Under the pieces are notes generated by a model, which saw only the letters and a list, made by a program, of their open reading frames with translations, was not told where the DNA came from and did not search any database. The position numbers and the translations under genes are program-made. Of a stretch of 64,000 nucleotides of DNA, positions 1-13,864 are shown piece after piece. Location of the stretch: NCBI GenBank assembly GCA_040954595.2, contig CM082579.2, positions 12,029,834 through 12,093,833 of the forward strand, in the 5' to 3' direction. Source of the stretch: Balanoglossus misakiensis (taxonomy: Eukaryota > Animalia > Hemichordata). How positions within the stretch are numbered: the first letter of the stretch is position 1; each line of letters begins with the position of its first letter.

Positions 1-3000
1 AGAATGGTGATCCAGTAGTTTTACTTCCGGAGAAAACCGACTATACCATGCATCTGAGAAAAGATCCTAACAGCCAACGAGAGGGGAACCTCAATCATTA
101 CATGAAATGTAGTGGCAATGTTCAGCCAGATACAACAAGATACAGGTATGCCCGCTAAGATGGAAATTAATGAAGAACAAAATACACTCATTCAGAAACT
201 ATTAATATAATTATTTTATATCTTAGTTTCCATTAAGGGAACATACTTGCTGCCCCTTTTCCATTAATTACGTTAGATGCAAGACACCGTTTATGTTAAT
301 GTACATGTGGATATATATAGGGAATCAACGTTCAACCACACACACCTTCCATCCCGTTGTAGATACTAGAGTGAAAAAACTCGCCAAAATGAATAATCGT
401 TCTTTACCATTTATTCATTTTGGGCGAATTTTTACTCTCATATCATACAAGTGAGATGGAAGTTGTGTGTGGTTGAACGTTCATTCATTACATATACACA
501 TCCACATGTAGAATAACATAAACAGTGTCTTGTATCAAACATAATTAATGGAAAAAGGGCAGCGAGAGAGAGACTTTATCCCTTTAAACTGCAAATTACC
601 CAGCAGCAGCAACTGTATGTACTTTATAATTGTTGTTTTGGTAGAATCCTGTATTATGACCAAACTGCAAAATCCAAGATAAACAGATCTGTTTTGTTCA
701 AAACCAGTAAGGTTGCTGGTTCTGCATGAGGTTTGGTGACTGCTGACAATTTCAGACATTAAGTGATTGATAGTAATTCCCAGCATTTTCATTTAGCAAT
801 AATTATTAATATTAACAACTGATTCTTTTCTGTATTCTCAATCATATACCAGATGGACTGACGATGGTTTTGGCAATTACACCCACATCAAAGTATTAAG
901 GTAACAGATCATTTATTGCCAATTACAAAATTATAATGCATACCATGTAAGTGTTTATTTGATACATTCAGTAATGGATCATAATTACAATTTACAAGGC
1001 TGCACAACTTTGTAGATTGTATAATTAATTGAATCATTAATAATGATTACACTTACTGTAAAGTGAGGGGCATGCAGTGTCATGAAATCATATTTGTGTC
1101 TGGGAATTTTAATTTAACCAAAGGGGTGGTCATTTCAGGAGTGTGACACTCATTTATTACTAGTATTTAAAAAATAAATCCTGTCTCCTAAACCAAAACT
1201 CAAGACACTCTGTCTGACATCCATGTCTCCAAACTGGTGCATCCCCTTTGTACTTTGACTGATTGCAGTTTCATTCCTTACAAATTCACTAGGATTTATC
1301 ATAATCAAACTTGTACACAAAGTCCAAATCAGTAAGTGTACTTCCTTTAACCAACTTTGGTTTGAAAGTAAAATCATGAAAGTAATGCAAAGACCTTGCA
1401 GCTCTTGGGGCTTTAAGTAAAGCAGTTTCATATTTCACACAGTAGTCTTGTGTGACTGTGTGAGTCATTTTAGATGCCTGTGCTGGGTGTCTGTGGTAGG
1501 ACTGAGTATCATTGTAGTCCTCGCCATGTCTACATCATTTGAGTAGTTCTCACTGGCGGCACTTCAGTTACTGTAAAACACTTTATTTTCGTGAGTTGAA
1601 ATTTTCGTGATAGCGAGAGAGGCCACTGTTTCGCGAGTATTAATCTTCGCGTTGTCTTATTTCATTCACTGCATGGTTATCTTCAAAATAATTGACGTGA
1701 CTTTTTATTTTCACGCTATTTTGGCTCTCACTTTTTCGCGAAAATTTATTGCTCGCGAAAATAAAGTGTTTTACAGTATACACTAAAGAGAGTGAGAAAT
1801 GGTAAAATTAGTAGAAACTCTTCAAATTGTATTTAAAAAATAATACAGTTATTTCTATTACTATTTTTCCAGACGACCTGAATCCGAATGTAAGACACCC
1901 CGTAATTTACGAACAGCTGGTTCTATATCTGGCGGCAGACGACCAGCTACATCTCCAACAAAACAAAAATGGACGGTTGTTGACAAGGTGCTGATACCAC
2001 AAATACTTGATTTTGACTTTGTATTTGATTAGGCATTTCCCACATCTGCTTTTCAATATCTTCTGAAATTCTTTGTTGGTGTAACTATGGTGATGAGGGG
2101 ATTTTGGATTGGCTGCTGGAACACATTTGGTCTTACAGTTCTTTAAAAATCTTCACAGAATCCACCTGTATTTTTAGTTGCGTGGTTCTGACAAATCTAT
2201 AATGTATAAGCTTGACGCAGGTTAGGTTTACGATGAAATATTTCAAATAACTTTGATATTTACAGGACCAGTTTCTTATATTCAATTGAGAAATTTTCTC
2301 TGATCACTTCATTTTATATGTTAATTTTTACAGGAAGACGACGTTAATGAGAGAATCAATCAAGCTGCAAGTCATAATACTACACAAGTGCGATCGGAAA
2401 CTGTCTCAAAGATGGTAGTTGTCAATCATCTTGGTTCAGAAAAAAGCAGGCGATCAAGGTAAGCATGCATATTCTTTATGAATCTGGCCCAATCTATGGC
2501 TTCAATTTTTACCACCAACATTTTCATACACAGCTGCTACAGGGTCATGAATATGGACAGCAGTGTAACAGATTGTGGTGTAAAAATTACACAACCTTGT
2601 CTGTAGACTGGGTTGGCAATTATCAAAGATGTTATGCTATTGTGTTGATTATGTGTGCAAGTGCAGTCCTAATTCTGACATCAGTGCATATCTCTTAAAC
2701 TGCCATGTCCAAGAACACTCATCCAGGCATAATTGTTCATAAAACAATGCCCATGCACAACCCTTTGCTCGATGTCTGGCAGTTTAGGATTACATGCATC
2801 ACTTCTCACAAACTTGTAGTCACCTAACAAAGATCTGAATGACTTTATCAAAAACTCAAGCTTGACATTTAAAGGTATACGGTCACCTAAGGAAATTTAA
2901 CTACAGTTACCTTGGTTACCTGAAATCTAGCTAATCAACATAAGCAAATTGGAGGTGACCGTGTTTCCTTCATATCATTGGATAAAATCTTTTGTCAAGA

Positions 3001-6000
3001 CCTTTTGTGAAAATTGTAAGAAAATGACAATACGTCCTATTCTACACATAAGGCTGTGGAGATTAATCAATACATACATGTACTGTATCTTGGTATTCCT
3101 TACCTTAATAAGCTTTTAACTTTATATAAATCAAGATGCACAAAAAATACAAAACTGTGAACAATAGAGTCACGCTCATGTAAAATATTTGTTATTATAA
3201 AAACGTTTGTATTTTGTTTTGTAGGTCAAGATTGGGTCACAGAGTTGCAGGCAGTGTGGCCTCACATCACGTATGTTAATATTTCATCCTATTTAATCAT
3301 TTGAAATCTTTTGATACAAAGTCTGACTTCATAATGGTGGTCCTTAACATTGGGGTTCCTTGTTTCTCTGGATGAATTTTGAACTGGGACTTTTAAGTTG
3401 GACACTGTGGTAGATGTCAGTCTGTATCAGTGCATGTAGAGACATCCCTCAGAAATACTTGTATTGGGTATTGGTAACTTGTGTCAAAGCTGATATAAAA
3501 TAATCAATTCATAGAAAACTTTGTTTTTCCAGTCTGTAAAAATTATTGAGAGGTTATAAGTTGTGTGTGGAGTTGCTGTTTAAAAATGTTTTCAGAGAGG
3601 ACAATTTTCTGTTAATGGCAATTTTTTTCACTGTTTGATCGTAAGTCTTGTTGACAGTACATCCAATAATGTCATCAAAATGAAAGACACTTCATGTAAA
3701 AATCAGCGAGGGTAAACAGCAGCGTATATCTTGCATTTATTGGTGTAGCACGAAAGTTTTGCAGATAACATCCCAAATATAAAAAAAAAAACAGCCCAAA
3801 TCACACAAAAAAAAACAAACAGCAAACTTGGACTCAACTGAGTGGTTTTTGATAAAGGAATCACAACAGAGGTACTGGTCACAACAGAGGTACTCAATTA
3901 CCAGAGATTGAAATTTCTCGGACCGCTAGTTTTTACTGCAGAGCCCATGTTAAAGGCACGTAAGCTGTAACTTTTGGGATAATTTTCATAATTTTTGTTT
4001 CAAACTGCACTACCATTAGTCCATGCAGATGAAGGCAGTGAACTATACACAAGCATTATAAACCATAAATATGAGTGCATATGCAAGTTTTAACCAGATA
4101 AATAATAAAGCTTTGCCGCAAGCGATTATGGCCGCCACCGTGGGAAAATGCAAGAAACGATGAAAATGTTGCATTTCAGGTTATGAAACTTCATAAACAA
4201 AACATGATCTCATCCACTTGAGCTCGTGGAAGTAAATGTACACCACTGAGACATCAGATTTTCATTTTTCATTGCAATATTGCACTTTTTTTAAAATTGC
4301 AGGAATTTTCGTTTTTCTTTAATTTTTTGCCATTTTGTCATAATTAAGTGTTGAGCTTGATATATTATCATGAAATATCATTTATTATATTATACCAGTA
4401 TATTGATGGTGTAAATCACGCTATTTGATTGGTCGAGACACGACACGTGACCGTGATATATTAGCCATATACCACAGTCATATATCATAGCCAAAGAAAA
4501 TGCCTTTTTAAAATGTTTTATGCAAAGTTTCAATATACTGGCATAATAAAATAGCAATAAAACACCCCAAGCCATGGTATACCACTCGATTTTTACCAGT
4601 TCAACTCCATTTTAAAGTTTTAAATTAAAGTTTTAAATAATCTCATATATGAGAGCGATAGCGAGTGCGTATATGTCGTGAACTGGTCAAAATCTCGTGG
4701 TATACCATGGCTGGGGGTGTTTTATTGCTTAAATAGACATAATTAAAAGCATATATGAGATTATTTAAAACTTTAATTTTTTATCCAGTTGCAGCTTACG
4801 TGCCTTTAAAGTAAGCTTTGCAAATAAAGGGGATTAGCCCAAGGAAACAGTTTGACTCCATACACGGTAGTTTAGGTCTTCATTTTGAGAGTTCTGCCAA
4901 TGTTAACGCCCTCTACAGTTCATTCTGTGCAATATGGCAACAACAAAAATGGCAGACACTGAGCACATGTCTCCTGCTTCTGGACCTGTACATTCAAGTC
5001 TTGTACTAAAATTGATAGAAGCCAGTAATAGATTGCAGCATTTAACCACTCATTTGTTTTCTACTCTCAAAAGTCTTGACGGTTTCATGCAACTCCCCCT
5101 TAAGAAACTCTGATATTATTTGAATCGCTTGGCCAGGTTGTTTTAATATTTTATCAGAAATGTGTAAAAAGTCATTAAGACATGTGCAGTGAGTGTATAG
5201 ACATTTCATGAATGTTAAAATTAGGAAATATTACTTTTAGCATATTTGTTAGTCTACAGAATATTTATTATGTTTTCCTTTTTTCTATATTTAAGGAACT
5301 TCCAAGATTTCCTCCCTCTCTTCAATTTCTCTCATTTACTGGACCTGCCAAAATAAAAGGTAATACTTACAGCATTTGGTAGTATAGGGGAAACATGTTG
5401 TAGGCTATGATTTGGACATTTGAAAAGCATGCCTTGGGCCTCCATTTATAATAATTAAAATGCTACATGCTTGTCCTATATTATTTTTCTTCATTATTCA
5501 TGTTTTAAAAGTAGGGACTAGGTGGCATTTCAAAACCATTTTCTTGTATAGTACACTGAATGTCACAACAGCAGTCTAAAATTGTCACCAGGAACTATGA
5601 CCTCACAACTTCAAAAACTTATAAATACTGACATTTGAATATGATATGTGTTCCATTCACGTCACATCTAGACAAAGAAACCCATCCATCATGCCTGTTT
5701 GAATTTATCAGGAGTGCACAGTTGTCTAAAAATAATTGAGTGTAAATGAACATAAGTGGAATTGGTATCTCCTTGCTGTGGAAACGCAGCTGTACTGTGA
5801 CCGGTGGGGATATATTCTGATTCCCTCACGGACTGGTGACCCAAGATGACCTCACTTTGCATATCATAAGGTGCACAGCTTGACCAATCAATAACAATTT
5901 GATAGTCGAGTCATCACTGCTGCATTTTTGTATTGAAAATCAAGACTCCATATAAATCAAAACTTAAGTTGTCATCCAAACTTGGGGAACATATGCAGAC

Positions 6001-7276
6001 AGATTTTCATGACAATGTTTTATTTGAGTCACGTATAAAGTCAGATACATTTGTAGTCGCAATGATTATATAGTCACTTATAGGTCTGTGTAGCAGGACC
6101 GTCTGTTGTTTACATGAGGGTACCATGGTAACTCGTCACTTATCTTCTCGGTCATTTTCAGTATCAGTACTTCAATCTTGTGCTCAGACACCGATTTCCT
6201 GTCAATAAAAAGTCACGACCCTGACTCTTTGTATATTTCTAGTTCTTCTCTGTTTTTGAAGAGAGCTTCTCTGACTGTCTTGTGGCCAGCTGAAATTATT
6301 TCTGTCCCTCCAGCATACAGAATGTATTGAAAATGTGCTGTGATTTTTAGAGAAAACTTATTTATTTTCTGATTTAATTTCAGTGAAAGGACAGGAAGAT
6401 GCTGGGTAAGTCTAAAATTTATTTCCTTTTTACTAGTTCAAGTTGTATGAAAGTATCATTAAGTGTTATTTACTGCGCTGGTGTGACAATAATATCATGA
6501 AAGCATGCAACAAGATTACTTTAGACCAAAGAGAGAAATTGAGTTGTCTCATGCAGATGACCCCTTGACCTCCTGGCATCATTCAACAGGTTACCTGCCA
6601 TTGACAAATAAATTCCAATGTTCAATTTATGGAAATGATATCTGAAATGTTGCTGCCTGTTTCTGTTGACAGACTTCTTCCAGAAGCCCCACCACAATCA
6701 CCTAAGGAATGTCACTCGGACGGAACAAGTGTTTCCTCTGGTAGAGAGATGTCTTTCAACAGTCAGTTCGGGTCAGGTCAAAGTTCACCAGTACCATTCA
6801 ATTTGGAGGAGACCCCACGCCAAGATGAAACCCCAGGCGCAGATACAGAAGGTGGTAAACTGACCCCAATTCAGGCTCATTTCAAACTGAGAGGACAAGC
6901 TATCACACCAATAGTTCCCAAAGGAGCATATCAAGATTATAAATGCGCAGGCAAGAACAGCGATGGACAAAACCCTGTCAGTGGCGCACGTGTCGGAGAC
7001 GAAAAGGAACTAGCTGAAAATATCCAAATAGTTTGGGACACAAACATTTCAAATCTGTTGACAAACAACGATGAGAAAACGGTTGAAGTGGGTATTGAAA
7101 ATCTGTCTACATCAATTGAGGCTGACACCCTGAACAAAGAAACCTGTGAACAAGCTGAAACAAACACAGCAACTATGGGAGAAGCGAAGAAGGAAAAACA
7201 AGAATCATCTATTGCAGAACTGTCATCAGATTCCACCATGTCTCCAACAAAGGAAACAGTTAAGCAGAGTGACTAA
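1..7276 (+). CDS. Uncharacterised multi-exon protein, 3' part (5' end lies outside the window)
   Basis: Phase-compatible GT-AG exons: <1-145, 853-900, 1873-1987, 2334-2458, 3225-3270, 5296-5359, 6384-6405, 6673-7276 (TAA). The joined frame is open (NGDPVVLLPEKTDY...RWTDDGFGNYTHIKVLRRPESECKTPR...ELPRFPPSLQFLSFTGPAKIK...LLPEAPPQSPKE...KQSD*). The C-terminal part is S/E/T-rich and low complexity. No domain recognised. Confidence 0.75.
233..587. mobile_element. TTAA-flanked foldback MITE family A (Kolobok-like), copy 1
   Basis: TTAA at both ends. Near end-to-end inverted repeat (..GCTGCCCCTTTTCCATTAATTA / TAATTAATGGAAAAAGGGCAGC..). Other copies at 7337-7686, about 26110-26354 (partial) and 50324-50664. 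Confidence 0.8.
1569..1778. mobile_element. TA-flanked MITE (Tc1/mariner-type), TACTGTAAAACACTTTATTTTCG termini
   Basis: TIR TACTGTAAAACACTTTATTTTCG / CGAAAATAAAGTGTTTTACAGTA. Related elements at 9603-9802, 51061-51255 and, partially, about 31660-31830. Confidence 0.8.
3950..4809. mobile_element. TTAA-flanked MITE family B (Kolobok-like) with a nested insertion
   Basis: TTAAAGGCACGTAAGCTG...CAGCTTACGTGCCTTTAA. Colinear with the uninterrupted copy at 16819-17322 except for about 350 bp inserted at ~4385-4731. Confidence 0.8.
4385..4731. mobile_element. Hairpin-bearing non-autonomous element (possibly Crypton-like), nested in family B
   Basis: Absent from the sister copy, whose empty site is near 17240. 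Terminal hairpin GCAATAAAACACCCCAAGCCATGGTATACCAC / GTGGTATACCATGGCTGGGGGTGTTTTATTGC. Second copy in the opposite orientation at ~53315-53585. Confidence 0.7.
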
Positions 7277-7336
7277 GGAGAAAAATCTCCAGGTAGAGTA
7301 ATTATTTTATTTAGTGTAACATTAATCAATCAACAA

Positions 7337-7686
7337 TTATAGGGACAAAGTCTCTCGTGCTGCCTTTTTTCCATTAAGGATGTTTGATACAAGACATCGT
7401 TTTTGTTATTCTACATGTGGATATATAGTGAATCAACGTTCGATCTCACACAACTTCCATCCTGCTTGTATGATATGAGAGTAAAAATCTCGCCAAAATG
7501 AATAAATGAAGAGACCGATTATTCATTTTGGTGAGTTTTTCACTGTCGTGTATACAAGTGGGAAGGAAATTGTGTTGAACGTTGATTCACTATATATACA
7601 CATGTACATGAACAAAAACAGTGTCTTGTATCATTAAACATTATTAATGGAAAAAGCGCAGCGAGAGAGAGTCTTTGTCCCTTTAA
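7337..7686. mobile_element. Foldback MITE family A, copy 2
   Basis: AGGGACAAAGTCTCTC...GAGAGAGTCTTTGTCCCTTTAA; homologous to 233-587. Confidence 0.8.
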
Positions 7687-8095
7687 TAAATTAATTGCAA
7701 GATAAGTATAACTTTTAGCAATCAATTATATGCTGCATTATTTAATTTTTAGTGAACACAGTATCAGGAGTGTGCAATTAAGTGAAACAACATTATTTCA
7801 AGAGTTGCCGGTGTTGTTGGTTTAACAAATGTGATACTTTTTAATTTACAGCAGGTAAAAAGAAGACCACAATGAGAATACCCAACTACAGCAAGAAGTA
7901 AATGAAAGAAAATCATTTCAGGCAGTGAGGAAATTTTCAGTAATGAATGAGAAGCCCTCTAAGGGAGGAATCCTGGTTTATTATCTAAAGAGTTCAGTTG
8001 ATGTGATATTTGGATAACTGTTGGGATATGCAGACAGCCAAGCGGATGTATCAATTGTCGAAATGATATATTAACTTTTCAAGTGATGAAGGTGA

Positions 8096-8330
8096 ATAAT
8101 TGCATGTACATTCCAAAATTATGCAAATAATTGCATGTAATGTATTCCAAAATTATGCAAATTCTATAAATAATTACATGTACATTTCAAAATTATGCAA
8201 ATTATGTAAATAGTTGCACATATGTTCTAAAATTATACAATTTCTGTAAATAATTGCATGTATATTCCAAAACTATGGAAAGTCTGTAAATACTTGCATG
8301 AATATTCCAAAATTATGCAAATTTTGTAAA
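8096..8330. repeat. AT-rich minisatellite, ~40-bp unit
   Basis: About six degenerate copies of AATAATTGCATGTACATTCCAAAATTATGCAAATTCTGTA. Confidence 0.85.
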
Positions 8331-9602
8331 CTGGATTAAAATAGAGCAGTACAGGAGGGCCTGTATAAATCTTTTTAATTGATTTGAGAAAAAAAAATTG
8401 ACATCAGTATCATAATATATCAACTTGCTCTATGGCAAACAAACACTGCTGGCAGTTTGTAGTGAAATCTAGAGGGGTTTTTAGATTTATAAGTATAATG
8501 TTTGTGAATGAAACATTTTATTTTGATAAGGTATTCCGTCAACCTGGAAAGTTTTGATGCAAGGTAGCTCCCATTTGGTATATGCCAGAGGGAGCAGTCA
8601 GCTTTTTGTCTGCATGTATGTGTGTAGTAGGTATTTTGTATTTGTATATTTGTATGTATGGTCATTCACTTCAAAAACTGCATGTATCACCTTGGTATTT
8701 TGTGGGTAGATTCATACTGGACTGTAGATAAGATTTTGTTCAAGTCAAATTATCACTAGGATGAGATTCACTCCTTTTGTTCAGTTTGAATGGAAACTCT
8801 AGTTCTCAGAATTTGCTGGTCTGGTTCTATGAATGTCCTTGTTATAATGTGCAAAAATTATGATTTATTTAACCTTTTCATCCCCGGTTCCTTTTATAGA
8901 GGTCCAACTTTACCATAGAAAACAATGGGTTTGGACTGAACCATGGTGGTGAAAGGGTTGAAGTTTTGTCTGTAGATTCGTAGGGGTGTTCCAATTATGT
9001 GTGTAAATCCTGTTTTCCTTGGCTGCAAGATGCCACTTATTACATTTTCACGAGGATCTAGACTTATAATAATCTGAATATTTTAATATGTGAACCTGCA
9101 TTGGTTAGAAAAGAAAACTTGCTGTGATCATATTCAGCCGTAGTCCACAAAATCATGGTTAAATATCACATCTACATGGCCAGTTTAAAAGACAATCACA
9201 AAACAGCACAGCACAATGTGACATAGACAACGAAAAGATAAACACAGAACAAGTCAAATCTGTGAAAGAAAGATATATGGACCTCCAATTAAAAAGGCCA
9301 AGAAGTAATATCACTGGTGTTTCATTTACAGTAAGTGCAACCTGCCCAACACCCAACATAAATCGATTAGCAGGTCGAAATATAAAACAGACAAATTTCA
9401 CTGATACCATCAGCGATCATTTGTTCAAGAGAGATGCTGTGTTTCTCTACTGGCTCATGACACTTGCCAAGAAGCATTTGAATGTAGAAACCAGTCTTTG
9501 TATACGTTAACTTAGCTTGATTTCCAAGAGGGGTGGCTGTGTTGCTCTGGAAAATAACCATGTGAACTACATGCTCATGCATAACCAATAAGCAGGGAAA
9601 TA

Positions 9603-9802
9603 TACTGTAAAACAGGAAATTTTCGCGATATCAAAACAGGCAACTGTTACACAATGATTACTTTTCGTGTTCTGGTATTTCACCAAGTGCATCGATGTCT
9701 CCTGAAAAAACATTTTTGCGTAACTTTTTTTATTTTCACATTTTTGGTCCTCGCGAAGTTTGCGAACATTTATCATTCACCAAAATTTCCCCTTTTACAG
9801 TA
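9603..9802. mobile_element. TA-flanked MITE (TACTGTAAAA...TTTTACAGTA)
   Basis: TIR TACTGTAAAACAGGAAATTTT / AAAATTTCCCCTTTTACAGTA. Interior related to 51061-51255. Confidence 0.7.
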
Positions 9803-12800
9803 TACCCATAGGCTGGCGAGAGTTGCATATTGCTATCAATTCAAGCTGGGTAAATTGATGATAGTTCGGTTGAAATCATGACTGCACTTGATTAAAGGTG
9901 GTATGGATAGTGATCTGTATGTAGTTTGAGACACTGAGCAGTTTCGTGTTACCTGCAAATTTGCATATTAAATTGTGTGTTACAAGAATGTGTTGCATCA
10001 CTCTAGTACAGAAGGCTTGAAAATTCTCATGTAGAACTAAAAAATGACCCATAATTATGTCAAATGAAGGCAGCTTTGTCCTGTAATTCATACATACAGC
10101 AGCAATTGATTCCAATATAACACTTTGTATAAAAAAAAACTTGCATGTCAGTATTACATGAGATTCAAAGTTGACACTAAATATGTTTCAGGCTTCAATT
10201 TATCAAATCCTGTAGTTGTCAGTTTTATATGGATATTTTTCACCATTGGTGTGTTCCACCTTTTTTTGGTCATTTACAGACCAAAAAGATTAAAATGGTG
10301 CCTATGCATGAGATATACCTGCCAATTTTGTCATTTTCGAATTCTAATTCTGTAAACTATGCAAGGGGTATAACACAGCCATTAGTGAGACATTTTTGGT
10401 ATTTTTGTCTCTCAATCCTGTTATTCAAACAAGCATATTAATCTGATGTCTTTCAAATATGGTAAGGTTTTGATATTTGAATAATAACGCATGATAGTGA
10501 GGGCAATATCATGATCTTTGGCCTGCACAAGGGATGGTGATCTCTGACCATTATATTGATGATGCCCAATCCTAAGTTTGTGGTCTTTTTTTTCATCTTG
10601 AAAATTTGATATGCATTAAGGCAAAAATCATCAAATGTTATTTGTATTATAGAGTGGAAAAAGTAAGAATTCAGGCTACTTTATAAGAGTTTTTAGGTTT
10701 TTACTTCATGCAAGAGGTCAAATCATGTTACAATAGATGAATTGTGGGTAAGAAAGTTAACAACAGTGCTCACTTTAAATGGAAGGAGAGATGGTATAGC
10801 CTGTATATCATGGCCTCTGTATGGCTAACATTTCATTCTCTTTGCAGTGAGTACAAATGTATTTAAAATCGTTTTCGTCCACTACAGAAGTTCAGTATTA
10901 CCCAACATTAATTTAGCCTTGTGAACTTTCAATTGTAAAACATAACAGGAGTCCATCATCTTGAAATTTGTCGATCACATGACATTTTTATCACTACCTA
11001 GGTAGCAAAACCTATTTTTAGGTTGATGAGAATTGAAGGGTTTATAATTTCTCACCATAGTTGTGTGTTTTGATAAGAGTCGTATAACCATGACCTCTTT
11101 CATGATGTGTACAGGACATAATGGACTACATCTTCTATGTAAGAAGGGCAAACTGCAAAGGCACATAGCTGTGGTAATGCAGCTGTACCAATAAGGGGGG
11201 GTCTGATTACCCCCCCCCCTTACCCTCCCCCCAACGGTACAGCTGTGTTACCATAGCTACAAATGCACACTGGTAAGCGTATAATTCATAACTAGAATGT
11301 TATGGGGCAGTGTGTTTCAAACACTCTGTTATGTTACTTTATTTTTATTGTATAATTTAGTCTTGTTATGTGTGTTCAGTCACAGTAATATAATGCGCAC
11401 CTGGAAATGTTTCACCCTGACTTGTTTTGTAATGTCAGTGAAATGATTTCACCTACTGTTAGGGTGAGGTTTAAGGGTTGTGTTAAATGTCAGGAGAATG
11501 TCAAGTGTGGTTAATGCGTAAATACGATAAGAAATAAATAAAACAGATAATGTGTTCTAGTGACCAGGTGCAGACTTTTTTTGATATAATGAAATTAAAG
11601 GAAGTATTCACTGAGGGTGATTTATTTGCTGTTCTTATCAATCTTGTTAAGGTATTTGAATGTAATAAAACAGCGTCTAAACTGATAAGCTTATCTGTTG
11701 TCTTGCTTCCGCCTGTTAATATGGGTATTGCCAATGTTGAAGGTAATGACAGCATTGATATTACAGTACAAATTTACAGCCTGCCAGCATTCTATAAATA
11801 GTAATGCTGCCTTTAAGGCAATGTGCCATTAATTCAGTGATACTGTCTGTGGAAGGGGAATATTATCGGTGTAAAAATGTCCCTGGGGTGCCAGAGATCT
11901 TGGCATGCTGTATAAACATTTGTGACAGCACATATGTATGTGTCAAGACTGGTACAATTATGTTTACTTTGTTGACAAAGATGCAGTGATTGTCATTTAT
12001 GATGAAGTGGGCAATTAACTTTAATTTCTGTCATTTTCAAAGCTGTTTACAGTGAAACCAGTCTCTAATCAGGACACCTCTCTATTAAGGACAGATTTTT
12101 CAAGACAAAAGTAACTGTTTAAATAGAATGTTACCTGTCTATCTATTTTCTGGTCCAAGGAGTGTCCGTAACAGACAGGTTTCACTTTTCACATAAAAGA
12201 AAAGTGGTGGGGGACAATCAATACCATGTGCCATGGAGGATGACACCATTGTTGTTTATATCTGCTCCCCATGGTGTATTTGCAATTGATATTCTATCCC
12301 AGAGGAAACTGGTCAGCCCTGCGCTCCAAGCACAGGAGTTGAAATGTGTACTCTTCCAGTTGTTTCTACTACCCTCTCCTCCAGGTAAGCATGACTCGAC
12401 CCTAGGGCACCGCAGTGGAGATCGAGACATCCAGCCCCGCCTGGTCTAACAGCCTGGCACAGGGTACCTATGCAGGGGGGTAGGAAGCAATTCATGCTTG
12501 GGGGGGGGGGGGGAATGTAACCTACATTCCGGTGGCGTATGATTACAATGGAATAAATTAAAAATTAAAGTAATATATGAATAAATTAAAATGCCAAGTC
12601 ATTACAATAGTTGGTAGAATTGGTAATGGAAGAGAAGTGAAGGGAGTAGGTTTGGGATGTCCCCCCTACCATGTAAGAAAATTTTATAAAATACAGAGCT
12701 CGAACATGCATTTTAATGAAGTCAAAAGCAAATGAACTTGACTATGTTGGGGAGGGCAAATTTAACCTTCGCCGCTCAAAGTTAGCATCGGTGGGGGGGG

Positions 12801-13864
12801 GGGGGGGGGCAAGTACTCTGCCCTGGTACACCGGAGAAACCAGCGAATGAATGAAAGGTGTTGAAATAAGAAGGGGGTGAAAATTTTGTAATATAAAGAG
12901 CTCGATACTGCATTTTTGTGGACTCAAAAAGAAATTTTTAGTCCCAAAAGTTGGGGGGGGGGGCAAAAATATGTCTTAAGTAGGGGAGGGGGCGAGCGCC
13001 CCCCGCCCTCCCGGTTCCTACGCCTATGCTTTGGTTTTCCTAAGGCTGTTTTGTCCAAGTCTAACCCTCTGATGGGAGGTGGGGAATTCCCCCCCCCCCC
13101 CCCCCGCAGCCAAGTTTGGTCCCAAGTGAGGCCATCCCCTGTTTGGCAGCCCCGATCAGAATACAGCATGTCATTCTGCATAAAGAAGTGGGTGGTACGC
13201 TAAAATCGAAGGCGATTCATCAGAAAATGATGTTGGTGTGGACTCGGAAAACATTTCTGTGGTATCTCAATGCATTAGGCCAATTTTACCAATTCTGCCC
13301 ACTATTGTATTGACTTATTCATTGATTTCTTTATTGTAACACTATACTATTATACACCTCAATTACAAATTTCGAGCAGGCTCTTGGAAACAAGCTTTTT
13401 TCCTCCACAAGTAGTTGTGTAATGTTTTCAGGGGGGCATCATATTTTTTGCTTGTCAAAGGGCAGAGGTCATCATTTTTTGGTCCTGGGTGAAGGGGGGT
13501 CCGCCTGATTTTGAAAATCGATGACACAAACTTGCCGACCCTCCCCCAGCCGTAAAAAAAACTGAACAGTCCCTTATTTTTTATGAAATGTTGAACGGTT
13601 TTATGAATGGTGCGGAATTTTTAGAAATTTTTATTCTCCACAATCACTTGCATAATTATAATATTAAAACATCGCCAGGCCAGTTGGTTGAAATATGAAT
13701 GAGCTGAGACTTTCGTCCGACCACAGTGCTCTTATTTATTGATCAATGAGAGTCCCATTTACTATAGGCTAGCCCATACAAGACCCTTTTCTTCCGCGTA
13801 GCGCAGTCAGTGGCGGGAATATGGGGCAGGGGACTGGTCACACACGTGTTGCATTAATACGTAA

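Noticed and set aside
6629-7276. Stand-alone 215-aa gene starting at ATG 6629
   Set aside because: Better explained as the last coding exon of gene 1, entered at the acceptor at 6673.
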